A DNA stretch of 64,000 nt from Octopus sinensis (GCF_006345805.1 NC_043003.1:47120001-47184000); one strand, 5' to 3'. Positions 1 through 13,902 are shown, counted from the first letter of the stretch. The notes: generated by a model not told the origin, from the sequence alone. Made by a program: numbers and translations.

Positions 1-1505
1 TAACTCTTGTCTGGAATAGCCTTGAGAGACATTTTTTCTATGCGCTGTTTTTATATTTTGCTCGCATTCACCTTGTATGTATTTCTGTCGCACACACGTA
101 CACACACATAAATGCTCTCTCTCACATACATACGTCACACATGCTTTTCTCGCTTGTTTTTTTTCCATGCTGAATTTGCCTTTTGTGGACACCCCTCATT
201 TCTATAGATCCTAAGGGGTCACGTATACATAGAGAGGGTTGTTTGTCCATTATAACGCGCCGGCATGCCATACTTTTGTTCCTGTGCGAACGAGGCATAT
301 AATCGCTTAACCACTGGCATATTCATTGCTGTTTTTCGGTCTGGCAAGCACTATTGCATTTCATGCGCCTTTTGCTCCGCACGTGTACTTGCCTTGTTTT
401 TTGCAACACGTTTGCAGTAGCTTAGTTTTTCCCGACTCATAGGACGTCGGATGTTCACATGCGCTGCGCCATGTTTAGGCGTAATTATTTTTCCCTGTTA
501 GACCACTGTTGGTCACGTAATTAACAGAAAATTATCTGTGTCGCGCATCACACCAGCATGTTTGCACCTTTGCCTTTTGTGTTGCTAGCGAGCTTCTGCC
601 AATTCCATTTCCTCTCCGGCAGCAATTGATTTAACTGCTATTTCGCAGGATCAACTACCTTTAGAGAAGTTGGATTTTAATTTCGCCTAGGTTCAATAAC
701 TGTGAGTTCTGCCTTTTCTTCCGCTCCCTTCAGCGGAAGGTTCTATACTTTGTGACGTATACACTTTCATGCATGCACTCTTGATTTTTGCTCATTAAGT
801 ATTTTTTCTCTTTTTCCTTTAGTAAATTTCTTGTGTATGTTATAAATTTTGCCATTATATTATTGTGTGCTATTTGGTTATCTGGTGTCCACCTTGAGTT
901 TTGCAGTCACTACAATAAGTTTCCTTTCGTGCGTACGCACTGGAGGGGAGCCTTGTAGTGACCCTATAACGGCGCGCGCTCGCGCACCGTCCATTTGTAT
1001 TTCGCGCGTGTTGGTGCCTTTACCAAGGCAGAGAAAGGAAGGGCCCTCTCGCGCATGCGCGAACCACCGGAAACACGACCCTGGCAGCAGCAGCGGGGAC
1101 TTGGGACGGCAGCGATTGAACGCGACGGTCACGCATATTTTTCTCTCCGTTCGAACTTGCTTCTAGCAGTCCTTACCAAAAGGCCCTTTAACAAAATTTT
1201 TGCAGACAAACATCGTCTCCATTGTTCGACGCCATCTTGAACCAGTTCTGGTTTTAGCGGGGAATATTGTAAATATTACAATCGATTAACTTTCAGCCTT
1301 GCGCGCCCAGAACCAAGGACATCAGATAACACACTTATTGTTATTGTTACCAAGAAAGAGAATAAAGTAGTATATATATTTTTTACGTCTGCGTCTTGTT
1401 GTTTCTGACTGGTAGAATTCTGTATTATTAAAGCAACGGCTAGTGATTGCTTTCTTGTACCCCGAAAGTACAAGGGAAGATATTCACTCACACATTCAAG
1501 TTCGT

Positions 1506-1509
<4 letters not shown>
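1..1509 (+). mobile_element. 3' part of a non-autonomous Gypsy (CsRn1-like) LTR element: eroded pol remnant (1-953), polypurine tract (~942-952), 3' LTR 954-1509
   Basis: 1-950 is clearly homologous (roughly 80% by eye) to 18250-19590 inside the TSD-flanked element at 15179-20173. GGAGGGGAGCC PPT precedes TGTAGTGA (954). The LTR ends GTTACA (1509), as do the LTRs at 17687 and 20173, and shares the U5 block AAGAGAATAAAGTA...CTGACTGGTAGAAT. Followed by (TA)n. Confidence 0.8.
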
Positions 1510-1542
<33 letters not shown>

Positions 1543-2308
1543 CGGTTGTTGTTTATCGGTTGTAACAGGAGATATTTGATTTGGTTCACAATATTATGAT
1601 ATGTTGTGGTCAACAGTTGTGACGATAAGAGTTTGTTGTTATAATGCCTTGTTGTTAATGCATACTGTAAGATGGGAGAGTTGGACAAAGTGCATTAAGT
1701 TTTGAGGAAATATTTATTTACCGTTACGTTACCATACCTTACCTCGACGGGCAGGTTGATAAATCCAAAAGAATGCGAAAGTCAAGTTTGCAGCGGTAGA
1801 ATGTTTCTTTACATAGTAATTCACAGATAGCGATAGAATGATGTTGTAAGAGAATAGAATTAGAGCTAGAGAGAAGTTTTGGGTGTTGTCTGACAGTAAA
1901 CTTCATTTCTCCCTCTGACCAAGGTTGGTCAGCCAGACCTCGTTGAGTCGTCACGATGTGACTGACTCTAGTCGAGTCGTCGCCCGGCTGGTGACTAACT
2001 GATTTTTGCTTGGGATGTGCTTGCTTATATTAAGATCCAGAAGGATAGATATATCGTTGAGAACAATAGATTTAGTTGGTGGTCTTGTTATCTATTCTAG
2101 CTTTTGGTGAAGTAGAAGAGGTTAGAAAGGGTCAAATGGTGAAGACATTATTTTGGCCTAGCTAAAGGCATCTGGAAAATGTAAAAACTGCTGTCAGAGA
2201 AAAACCATTGTTCCATCGTAGGAAAAGATCTGTAGCAGTGTTGATTTAAATTTGGCTATGTTGGATCGAATCCACTTCATGCATGCAGGATTCGCTACTT
2301 ATATATAA

Positions 2309-2368
<60 letters not shown>

Positions 2369-2927
2369 TGTCTGTCTAAGAATGTGCGTGTGTGTGTTGT
2401 GTCTAGGTAGTGCATGCATACGTGTATCAGCATATGCGTGTTACATTCTCAAAATGTTTAAGTTACTGTCAGAAACGGCAACTTTAAATTTCTTCCACAA
2501 ACATCTAGAATTCAAAATATATCTTCGTCACCAACCCGAACTATAAGTAAATCAGCATACCTACACATGTGTGCCTCTCAACGAATTTGTTTCCTTGTAA
2601 CTTTCAGAAAAAATGTGTTTTCTTTTGTTGTTGCTTTTTTTCTTTCTTTCTTAATGAAATTTTTGTGAATTTTTTTTCGGTAGAGGTGGAAAGTTATTTC
2701 AGATAGTTAACACGAGTTAACTTTATTTCTTCATAACTTTCACAAAAATATATATTTTCTACAAATGCCTTATTAGATGCTGTGGAGAACGATTACATCG
2801 GAATTTAATGTGAAATATAAAAAAAACATATGGTGGACGCGCACGTGCACCAATGACATACAACACAAGTTGTCTCATTTTGTGCATAGAAATGTGATGT
2901 GTCACTATGTCCACACCCACCTTTTTT

Positions 2928-2964
<37 letters not shown>

Positions 2965-3666
2965 ATATCAAATTCCGATAAAATCGTAATCTACACCATC
3001 TGAAAGTTATCTGTTAAAAAAAATCAATTAAAAAATACCCATCTAAATATGCCACCAAATTCTAGTCAAAGAGAGCTAGTGTGATAAGTGTGTGTGCGTG
3101 TATGACGAATTCTTCTCATCGTGAACGGCAAATGAGGGTTCAATAAAATAAAGCGGTAATCATGTTCTATGGACACGCATGTGTCTTTTTGAGGCCTGCT
3201 GGCATGTGGAACAGGTTAATTCATTTGTTTTGCAAGATTCTTGATATGAAATCGTGCGTTGAAACAGACATTCTTTTTCTTATTTCAAAGGACACTAAAA
3301 AATACTGAAGTGAAGACCAAGTTTATAGTACGCGTTAATTGACAAAAGTATGCCCATCCCCAAACATAACAATACGTGTGTGTGTGTGTGTGATGGTTTT
3401 CTGCTTCTTGCAGAGCCTGACCTCTTTTTGAAACGAATTGCTCTTTCCAGGCGTAAGATCAAAAGGACTTTTGAGTCACGAAAAGCGGTTTGAAAAGCTG
3501 ATCACAAATACTGTAACAATGTCTCATTTCAGCTTGGGCTCCATTTTCCGCTTGTTTATTATGAAGTTTCAAGTGCCACTTCAATCCTCTGCATGACTTG
3601 CAGCTGTTCTGACAAACATAACATTGAAACATGTCAATCGGAATGAAATTTCAATAGTTCGTATGT

Positions 3667-3870
3667 GCAGAAACGTTAGCAAGCCGGGCGAAATGCTTAG
3701 CGATATTTGGTCTGTCGTTACGTTCTAAGTTCAAATTCCGTCGAAGTTGACTTTGCCTTTCATCCTTTTCGGGTCGATAAATTAAGTATCAGTTGCGTAC
3801 TAGGGTCGGTCTAATCTACTGGCCCCCTCCACAAAAATTTCGGGCCTTGTACCTACAGTAGAAAAGAATA
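3667..3870 (+). mobile_element. tRNA-derived SINE, type A (GGCGGCGAGCTGGCAGAA...GAGTTCAAATTCCGCCGAGGTCGAC family)
   Basis: Matches the many other copies in the window; B-box-like GTTCAAATTCC. Boundaries approximate. Confidence 0.8.
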
Positions 3871-4264
3871 TATTTGTATATAGTGAAAGTGTATACCCCT
3901 CCCGATAAAAAGTGGAAGAAGCTAGCCATTGTAAATAGACTAGTAGCTGGTCGTCAAGAGAGTTGAGAGTTCTAGTCGGTGTCTTGTGGAGCTATTACCG
4001 ATAATAAGACAGAAGTTAGTGCATTACTATTCCGATACAAAGAGATACAACGGTATCCGATGGCTAGTAACTATTGTGGCTACTAGCGTATTAAAGTACA
4101 GCGGCAGTCACACATCACACCAATTAGAGAAACTCACTTTACAACAGAGGCGACGAAGAAAAACACATTTACGCGGAGTAAACTGATTTACGGGGAAAAT
4201 TAAATAACTCGACAAAAAAAGAAACAAAAGTCTTGTTGTGCAAACTTACAAAAATCGTAAAATA

Positions 4265-5160
4265 TGGAAGACTTGTTAGTTAACTAGGGTAGTCGAGTTG
4301 CAAAAACAACAAAGCAAGGAACAACGAGAACAACAAGGATTGCAGCAGCAAATGTTACAATTAATGAAGTTGATAACCAAACCAGAGAATACATTTTCGC
4401 CTGACTGTACTGTAAATTCAATTACCGAATTCAAATATGACTCCTCCTCAAGAAGGAGGAACTTTCGAGGCTTAGTTTCGAAGATTTGAACAAGTTTTTG
4501 AAAAAGAATGTCATGATTGGACGGCCGAAATGAAATCGCGTCTAGTTTACAGAAAACTAACGACAGCAGAGCATGAGCAGTCTAGTAACTTCATATTGCC
4601 AAAAAAAAAAAAAAAGCATCCGACATAAATTTCACCGACACAGTTGACATTTTGTGCAAAATGTATAGGGAAGAGAGCTCACTATTTAATACTAGATGGA
4701 AATATTTAAACATAGAAAAGAGCGAAGATGAAGGCTTCACTACTTATACAGGCAGAGTCAACAAAGAATGTGAGAGATTTAGGCTTGGTATGTTTACTAC
4801 AGATTCTTTCAAGTGTTTGATTTTCGTACAAGGATTGACAGAAAAAAAGGGATGCAGAAATTCGAACGAAAATTCTAGCAAAACTAGAAATGGACCAGGA
4901 TTTGACAATGCAGAAACTGTCGGAAGAGTGTGACGTGATATTAAAATTAAGGTATGACAAGGAAGAAATTCAACGGAAAGAATGTTTTTCACATAAGACA
5001 AGGGCAAAAAATTCGGAAGACAAATAAAGTGTTGAAGGAAAAATTGAAAAAAAATATCGGGATGTAGACCCATGTATGGCATATGGTGGGATGCACCTGA
5101 AAAAAGATTGTCCGTATAAAAAAGTGTTTTCGCTGCGGGTTTACATGACATATAAAATCG
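4265..5160 (+). pseudogene. Gypsy gag remnant (frameshifted)
   Basis: ORFs 4298-4489 and 4652-4933 read NSITEFKY...SLFNTRWKYLNIEK...FTTYTGRVNKECERFRL...FKCLIFVQGL, typical of Mag-clade gag; broken by stops and frameshifts. Confidence 0.75.
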
Positions 5161-5175
5161 CACTACAAAACTATA

Positions 5176-5844
5176 ATGATAGGAAAATGGAACAAACAAG
5201 AAAAAATAAATAGTTTGTCAGCAGGAAAAGTTGTGACTACAACAAACAGAAAATTCGTGAATGTGAAAATTGAAACCACTAGTGTCGGAATGCAATTAGA
5301 CACGGGAAGTGACATCACAATCATTAATGAGAAAACATGTGAACAAATGGGTAAACCAAAATTATGTAGTCCGAATAAAATAGTGTATCGTTTTAAGAGA
5401 AGAAATTTATATTTCACGGCTGAACGCGTTTGTAATATAATGTTCAAAGGTCAAACCAAAAAAGTGAATGCTTATGTGTTGAAAAAATACATGAATTTAT
5501 TTGACACCGAATGTATGGAGAAATTTAATTTATGGGATACACCTTTAAGCGTTTTGTACAATAACGTAAACGGGGCAGTTGAACGAGGTCGATGTGAATT
5601 GAGACAAAAAATAAAAGAAACTTTCCCAAAAGTTTTTTCGGAAGTTTTAGACAGCTGCACAAAAACAAAAGCAAGAATTTCTTTCAAAGAAAATTCAACA
5701 CCTATTGTCAGGCCCAAACGGAGCGTGCCGTTTGCAACGGTAGACCTGGTCAATAAAGAACTAGAAAGGTTGGAAAGTCTGAATATAATTGAAAAGATTG
5801 ACCACGCACATTGGGCAGCACCGGCGGTCTACGTTGGGGCATAA
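5176..5844 (+). pseudogene. Gypsy aspartic protease plus N-terminal stub of reverse transcriptase
   Basis: MQLDTGSDITII (DTG catalytic motif), then RPKRSVPFA...KELERLE...WAAP (RT start), ending at a deletion junction near 5835. Confidence 0.88.
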
Positions 5845-6049
5845 TGATGGTCTGTCTAGGTTAATTCCGAGAAATAACGAACTGATGGAGGGTACCGTAA
5901 TAGCAACGCTAAGAGCAGACGCGGAAACAAAAAAAGGGATGTGGAACATCGTACGTGAACTACCAGTAACTTTGGAAAAAAGAAAAAAGAAATTTATTAA
6001 TCTGTGGTCGACAAAAGGAAATAAATAAAGGTCTGAAGCAAAGAACCGC

Positions 6050-6750
6050 CAAGATGTAAGCGTGTACTCTATATGTGATGGTGTATTAATGTACACTCAG
6101 ACGGTGGTCATACCACAGACATTACAGAAGAGAATACTAAAAGAGTTCTATGTGAGACACCCCAGACATCTCTAAAATGAAAGCGCTGATGCGAAATTTC
6201 ATATACTGGCCAAGCATGGACAAGGAAGTTGAAAACCTGGTAAAAGGCTGCAGAGGATGTGCGCTGGCGACGAAACTACCTACTGCAAAATGTGAACCTT
6301 GGCCGGAAGGGAAAATACCATGGTCCCGATTGCATATCGATTGTGCAGGTCTGGTAAATGGATATTATTACTTACTAGTAGTGGACAGCTACACAAAACG
6401 GCCCGAGGTCGCGAGGTATAAACGACCAACCTCATACACGGTAATAAACTTCTTACATGAGCTGTTCGCAAGATTTGGTGTACCGGATATAAATGTTTCG
6501 GATAACGGAACACAGTTTGTATCCTGTGAATTTAAAAGATTCTGCGAGATTCACGTTAGAACAAAACTATAGTACCATATCATTCTAGATCGAATGGAAG
6601 GGCTGGACATTTTTAATAGAGCTTTAAAGAAAGCTAATAAGGAAGCCACGGACGAGGTCACGATCCAACAATTCCTAAGTGTATACAGGGTAACTCCGAA
6701 CCCAAATGCGCACAGAAGGAAGTTCACCAGCAGAATTAATGTTTGCCAGA
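6050..6750 (+). pseudogene. Gypsy integrase remnant (zinc finger and DDE core)
   Basis: MKALMRNFIYWPSMDKEVENLVKGCRGC, PWSRLHIDCAG, LLVVDSYTKRPEV, LFARFGVPD..VSDNGTQFVS; frameshifted after 6572. Confidence 0.9.
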
Positions 6751-7994
6751 AAGGTGAAGTCAGTATTCGATAAACTTACCAGTGAAAAAAAAAATACGTG
6801 CTAGTAAAGATATGCCAAAATTCTTTAGAATCGGTGATAAAGTATACGTAAGAATGTACAAAAATGGCAAGCAATACTGGAAAGAAGGAGAAATTGAACA
6901 TACATAGGAAGAATGATGTATGGTGTAAGAAGCAGAATTGGAATGGAAAGGAGGCATAGAAATCAGCTTAAGTAAAAAGTCATAGAAAAGGAACCAACAA
7001 GAGTAGAAATACCAATGTATTGGCTATATGACACTTTTCAGGTTCCAACACCGTTACAAGAAGTCGAAACCACATGTTCAAGGAAAAGGAAGAACACTAA
7101 GTTCCTAAAAGTAGACCCTAAGAAGAAAATATATTGAGTATATAAAAAAAGGTAGGGGTGAATAAAAGAAATTGATTGTTAAATAAAATAATTAAAAGGG
7201 GAGAAATGGTATAGTGAAACTGTACACCCCTCCCGGTAAAAAGTGGTAGAAGCCAGCCATTATAAATAGACCAGTAACTGGTCGTCAAGTGAGGGGGTCG
7301 GGAGTCCTTGGACGTGATACCGTTAAAGGACTGTCTTTTAGATAGCCCTCAAGCGATGGATAGCGAGTAATAAGACTTTTTATTGGAAAGACTGCGTCAA
7401 GAATCCAATGTGGACCGTTGGAGAATATACAGATTGGCGACTTGCAACGGTATGTTACATGTTAATTAATTGTTATGTAAATACCCGATAACAATGGACT
7501 GCAAGCAAGTTTAATGGTACTGCATGTGATGAGGGGCGCATGCAGTCATTCATAATCTCATTGTTATATAATCATCTCATTCATATTCGTTTTATGTATT
7601 GTCCCTTCTATGGTGTCCTGTCTGTTCTTGTTTGTCCCCCCTCTACTTTGAGCTCTTGTGGCTATAATAAAGAAAGAGAAAGGGTCGGGAGTCCAAGAGC
7701 TGAGAGTCGACAATTCTAGTCGGTGTCTTGTGGAGCTACCAGCGATAGTAAGACAGAAGTTAGTGTATTACTATCCCTGTACGAAGAGGTACAATGGGAT
7801 CAGATGACTAGTAACTATTGTGGCTACTAGCGTAAAACAGCAACTATAGTACAACAACAGTCACACATCACACCAATGGGAGGAACCCACTTTACAACAA
7901 TATTCTAGCGCGATATTTTACAATTGGGATGACTCATATATTTTATGTCTCAAGAACGGACTTCAAGTACTTTAAAAGTAGGTCCAAGCTCGAG

Positions 7995-8555
7995 CTGCCA
8001 GAACCGCTAGCACATTGGGCAAAATGCTTGACAGCATTTATTCTAGCTTTACGTTTTGAGTTCGAATTCTGCCCACGTTGACTTTACCTTTTTTTTTATG
8101 CTTTTAAGGGCCGATAAAATAATATCAGCTGAACACTGTGGTCGATGTAATCGACTTACCTGCTACCCCAAATTTTGAGGCTTTGTGCCTTAAGTAGGAA
8201 GACGTGGCTGTGTGGTAAGAAGCTGGTTTCCCCGACCACAAGGCTCCAGGTTCAGTTACATTGCAGGGCCACTTGGGTAAGTGTTTTCTACTATAGCCCC
8301 GGGTCGACCAACACCTGGTGAATGGATTTCGCATACGGAAACTGAAAGAAACCCGTTACGTGTGTGTGTGTGTGTGTGTATTTTCCCCATCAACGCTTGA
8401 CAACCAGTGTTGGTGCGGTTCGGTAAAAGAGATCGATAGAATAAGTACCAAGCTTACAAAAATAAAAGGTACAGTGGTTGATTCACTCGATTGAAAATCC
8501 TTTACGGCGGTACCCCAGCATGGCCGCAATCTAATGACTGAGACAAATAAAAGAT
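7995..8555 (+). mobile_element. Type A SINE directly followed by type B SINE
   Basis: GAGCTGCCAGAACCGCTAG head, then GTGGCTGTGTGGTAAG...CTATAGCCCCGGGTCGACC...(GT)n...CAGCATGGCCGCA. Boundaries approximate. Confidence 0.75.
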
Positions 8556-11500
8556 ACCCTCTTTATTGTGCTTTTTTTTTTCTAAATTTCTCCTAAGTTT
8601 CATTGTGTTGTATTCTAAGTTTCGCCAACTTTTAAGTATTCATGCGGTTGGTCTGCTCCAATTCTCTGCGTCAGATTTGATATTCAACGTTTTATTAAGT
8701 TGCTTCTTATAATAAATAGCTTTGATGCCATTCTTTTTTTTTTTTTTACGCCCATCCTCATTTTAATATCCTGGTTAAATTTATGAAAAACTTTTAAGTT
8801 TTCCAGCTATAGAAAATTGTGCAAAGTCATTGATATAAAGGAGGTAGTAGTAGCAGCAGGAGTAGTAGTAGTAGTAGTAGTAGTAAAATCCGGAACTGTG
8901 AGATTGAAAAGCAAGCTTCTTACCACAGAGCAACGCCTATGCTTGTTTAAATAGGTGAATTCTTCTTCGTTTCACTTCTAGAATACCAATTTCTGCAAAT
9001 GTACCAATATTAGAAATAGGTAATATCACCATCATCAGTAGCAGCAACAACCACGACCATCACAACAACAGCAGCAGCAATAGCACTGTTGAATCAGCAA
9101 AGTTTCAGTCTTCGAGCCATTTGTATCACATTCTTGGCAATATCATCTATCAATTATCCCAGGCCTTCTTTTAACTGCAGTTGTAACCTCATAAAATACA
9201 GTTTTCTTTTCATGTCAGAATATGCAGAAGATATCGCAAGTAAAAGGTGTCAATAGAGGCCTAACACGAAGGCGAAAAGGGAAGGCAATCACCTCCGGAA
9301 GCAGCTATAAAGGGGCACAAAATTTCCTCAGTCCCATCCATTGCCCATTAAGGTGCAGGTACCAAAACTGCCTTTGCCGCTGGGTGCTGCGAACTCATTG
9401 CTACCCCTCTGGGTGTCAGCTGACCAATATGCCCACATATGTTCTGAATTGTTCTCATTAGTTATTGAGTCGCAATTACACTTCATAGGCCTGCCAGACT
9501 GTTGGATGTAACAGGAACTCTGTCAAAGCGATTCCTTTCTTTCCTTATTCCTTCCTTTCTTTCTTTCATTCTTTCTTTCTTTCCAAGGAGTCACTAAACC
9601 TGAGATCGTCACCAAGAATATGTTTCCCAGATGTCTTACTATAAATACACTATCCTGTAGTTTTTTACATTCTGGTATAAATTAACTTCTCTCCTACTAT
9701 GAAGTCATAGCATTCCCTAGTGATTTAGTTAATAAACTTAATTCTTTAATTTCCTGTCCCAAAGTAAGAGAAACTAGCTTAAATCACATTTAAGATTGTA
9801 CTCTAGTACAATCTCAAGTGTGATTTAAGCTAGTACAGAATTCATAATGTACAGAATTCATAATTTTTACGAAATATCAAATTGCTTTCGTTCTCACTGT
9901 TCGGCGGTGTACTTAGGGCCAGTTAAAAGATAACTATTGTATAATAAATATCTACGTAACAATAAACAAAAAATAAACGGAAGACTTAAGTACAAAATAC
10001 ACCAAGAATTATTATGCGGCCCATAATTATAAAGGTGCTATGTCTTTTCGTCCGGCGTCACATCGTCCAAAGTCACTTCGTGCAACATCACTTCGTCCAC
10101 GTTTGCAAGCTGTTACAAAATACACAATACTGGGTACACCAGAAACAGAATGGTTAGTTCCTTCAATATAACATAGCATGCAAGTACAGTAAGAGTGGTT
10201 AAGAAGTAGTGGTAAAGAAGAATGAGACTAGACGGGCTCAAACAATTAAGCAGATCAATCGACTTTAGAGGGAGTAATTTAGATTGATCCTAGGTTATGT
10301 GCTATTATAGAGGTTACTTAAAGTCTAGCAGACTCCTATCTCACCCGAATCGCTAACATTAAATATCATATTACACACTTTCACAAACTACATTCTTGCC
10401 CATAACAGCCAACTTTGTTGGTCATTTTCCCATTTCATATTTAGCCTCGACAGACCTCAGCCACGGTTTTTTGTAAAGAAGTAATGCTCTTATTCTTCTA
10501 TTAAAAAATGCGTAAGATACAGCTGTAATGACCTGACATTTATCCATTGTCTGTTATTCATTTGATTGTGTGTGTGTGTGTGTGTGTGTGTACATGTATG
10601 TATGTATGTATGCGACGTGTTTCTATACAGTTGCCTTCTCCCAAACCAATTCGGGAGGCTTTAGTTGACCCGGAGTTATAGTAGAAGACACTTGCTCAAG
10701 ATTCCACGCAGTGGGACTGAACCCGAAACCATGTGATTGCGAAGAAAACTTCTTACTTTATGGCCCTGCCTGCGTCGAGTTATAATTTTTGTTTGTTTTT
10801 TTTCTGTAAGTGTCCAAAGACCATTACAATAATTCTTAATTCTGAAGGAATTATAGTCCAGAAAACAGGAAAAATATTTTTCACTCAAGTAAGAACTGGT
10901 AGAACTGAATAAAGACCCTTCCAAATATAAACCTGACAGTGCTCATTTACAAGAGTTTTATGAAGTTACGTATGTGATATATGTTTAACTAGATAGAGAC
11001 TAGTTAATTATCAGGCTATTAAAGAATCACAGCTGGCTCAGACCACATAATGTTGGATTGTTGAGCGAAAAATCAATGGCTTGCAATTGTGTTTGCAATG
11101 GCTTGCAAACACAGTGTTGTGTGTGCTTGCCAAAGTTCACCAAGTTATAAATAGACTTCCTACAAAGGTAAAGTTTGCTGCTGAAACTAGGAAACTAGAA
11201 GAGACAATAGAAATGTTTCATTTATCTTGAGGTTTTGAGTTCAAATCCAACCAGGAATATAGATTTGAGACAGGCGTACTAAGATTTTTGCGCGGTAAGA
11301 AATTTACCTCCCAACCACATGGTTCCGAGTTCAGTCCTACAGTGTGACACCTTGGGCAAGTGTCTTCTACTATAGGCTCAGGATGACCTAAGCCTTGTGG
11401 GTGGATTTGGTGTACGGAAATTGAAAGAATCCAGTTGTGTGTGTATGTGTGTGTGTATTTGTCTTTGTGTTTACGTTTGTCCCCTACTACTATTTGTCGG

Positions 11501-13059
11501 TTCGGCAAAAAAAGACCAATAGAATAAGTACCTGACTTAAAAATAGTAAATACTGGTATCGACTTGTTCTATTAAACCTTTCAAGGTGGTGCTCCAGCAT
11601 GACCACAATCCAATAATTGGAACAAGTTATATAAAAAGGTAATAAGTACTGGAGAGTATTGAACAAGTCTGCTGCGCAATGTATCACCGCTGACCTCAGT
11701 CTTTTGTCATTTCTTCGGTAAAACCCTGCAATCTAAAATCTGACCTCATTTCTTCCTCGCATATCACTTTCAGTCTCTCTCTTTCACAAATATCTTCCAC
11801 TGATAGCATACGACACTTTTTCATCCAGAGCTTATCAAGGTCCATCACATGCCTCTTGTTAGCTTTTGTTAATGATTAACGGCATTTATCTCCAAGGTTA
11901 CGCTCAATCTTTCATGCAAGTTAATAGTACTGACTCAATATATCAGGTGTGCCTCATTTTTTTTTCAGCTTTGCAGATCATCAACATTCAATTTGCTTCT
12001 AGTAAGCCATATAGTAATGGGTTATATTTCAGCTTTGTCGATCCGGTTTGTCTGTAAATAAAAGCTTACAGCTCATTGTAATTAACAGCTGGATAACGAA
12101 CACATTACATCTAAAACATAAGGTAAGATCGTGTTTACCAAGATGAATGAATAAAACTAGGGAATATCCCAGAATCAAAGGGTTCACCGTCCACATCTTG
12201 TACAGAGTATGTTACGATAAAGAACACTGATATCTGTTGAGATTATTTATTCTTTTCGTAAACGAAAGCTTGTTACTACGAACGGCAAACCATCGAGAAA
12301 GTTTGAAAACAACTGTTCTTTGATTGGTGTAACTGAAGCAGCGATCAAAATGTTAGCTAGTCCTTATGTTGCCGTTGCAGTTTGTCCATTGTGGTTAGCT
12401 GCTGGTCGTGCTACTGTCTTTTGATGTCTCTTGTTCGCCATCTGTCCATCGCTTTTGTGATGTTCTAGCACTTGTATCATCTGTTTTCAATGGAGTGGCT
12501 GTGCTGAATATACAGTGGTGCTTTGGCTCAGAAAGAAACGCGCCAAAGATGTTGGAGCCGGACTCACGGAAGTCTTGATTGGTTAGATTTTTTTATGATG
12601 CACATAATATTCTAGCGAATCGTGACATCGGATATAGTGACCTGATTGTTAAATATACCTACTACAAGTACACTTTGTACACTCCTTAGCGCATTCTTTA
12701 TACCAAAAGATGTATGTACATACATATATATATATATAAGTAGCTAGTTCTAAAATCTCTAAAAGAGATATAAGCAGTGACAATACTAGACACTAACTTT
12801 TTTTAGCCACTATAACATGGCTGTTCTATAAAGAACTATGTTACTACATTTTAACCACAGGAAAATTCTTTTCCAGCTTTTTAGCGACATACAACTTGTG
12901 TCCGATATATTTTGAGTAAGGGAGCGAATCACCCCCCTCCCCAGCCTGGCAAGACCAGTAGACCATGTTTTCTGGGTCTTTGCCCTTCATCGGTAACTGG
13001 ACACCTTGCCTGCTAGAGATGGCAGTCAATTGTCCCTATTCACTATATATAAACATACA

Positions 13060-13277
13060 GACAGACACGCGCGCGGCGTGCGTGCGCGCACACACACAAA
13101 CACACATAAATACAAACACACATACACAAACACACATACACAAACACACATACACAAACACACATACACAAATACACATACACAAACACACATACACAAA
13201 CACACATACACACACATACACACACACATACACATACACACACACATACACATACACACATACACATACACACACAC

Positions 13278-13311
<34 letters not shown>

Positions 13312-13325
13312 CACACACACACACA
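13060..13325. repeat. Compound (CA)n/(TACACA)n microsatellite
   Basis: Direct reading; source of the spurious HTHT/CVCV ORFs. Confidence 0.95.
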
Positions 13326-13337
13326 TTAGTGTTATTA

Positions 13338-13902
13338 GTGGGTTGTCCAGAAAGTTCGTGCCGATTTATAGTAGCTTACCTTTCGACTTATTTTAGAACG
13401 TGGTTGAATCCATAAAATAGGATTTGACTACATCTCCATTTAGAGCACAGTTTAAGCTATCTTTTCGTGGAAGAAGATTTATGTTCCTATAACCTGTGTT
13501 AATTCTGTAACCCTTTAAAATGGAAGATAAGACAGTTCATTTTCGGCACTTGATGCTTTGGGAACCAGACAAAAATTGCTGCAGCTCGGCTGGGATGTGT
13601 TACCCCACCCTCCATATTCACCAGATATTGATCCTTCGGATTTCCACTTATTCAGGTCTCTGCAGAATAGTCTTAATGGTAAAAATTTCAATTTCTTGGA
13701 TGACGTCAAAAGATACCTCGATGAATTCTTTGCCATGAACCACCTCAATTCTGGGAAGTGAGTATTTTCAAGTTAAAAGAAAAATGGAGACGCATTGGGC
13801 AACAAAATGGTTCATATTTAGTTGATTAAAAATGTAACGGCAAGTATTTATTGACCTTTTTCTTTCCTTTAAAAATCGGCACGAACTTTCCGGACAACCC
13901 AA
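13338..13902 (+). mobile_element. Internally deleted mariner (Tc1/mariner) element, 565 bp
   Basis: TIRs GTGGGTTGTCCAGAAAGTTCGTGCCGATTT and AAATCGGCACGAACTTTCCGGACAACCCAA, TA on both sides. Transposase N-terminus MEDKTVHFRHLML is fused to C-terminal GWDVLPHPPYSPDIDPSDFHLFRSLQN. Confidence 0.93.

Larger units (their letters stand above)
3875..7899 (+). mobile_element. Ty3/Gypsy LTR retrotransposon (Mag-like), internally deleted and degenerate
   Basis: 5' LTR 3875-4146 and 3' LTR 7207-7899 (TG...ACAACA). 5-bp TSD ATATT at 3870-3874 and 7900-7904. Degenerate GGCGACGAAG PBS after the 5' LTR (TGGCGACGAG, tRNA-Ser type). PPT AAAGGGGAGAAA before the 3' LTR. gag, protease and integrase remnants inside. 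Confidence 0.92.

Noticed and set aside
1-950. ADAR hyper-editing signature in the A-poor, T-rich LTR-element interior
   Set aside because: The visible skew is toward T rather than G, and no intact parental sequence is available to polarise substitutions.
1540-2260. Possible Penelope/LINE 5' fragment (similar texture at ~38900-39350)
   Set aside because: No diagnostic motif could be read with confidence.
12965-13396. Many His/Thr- or Cys/Val-rich ORFs (also near 26.6-27.1, 31.2, 53.5-55.9 kb)
   Set aside because: Translations of (CA)n, (TATG)n, (GATA)n and (GAAA)n microsatellites.
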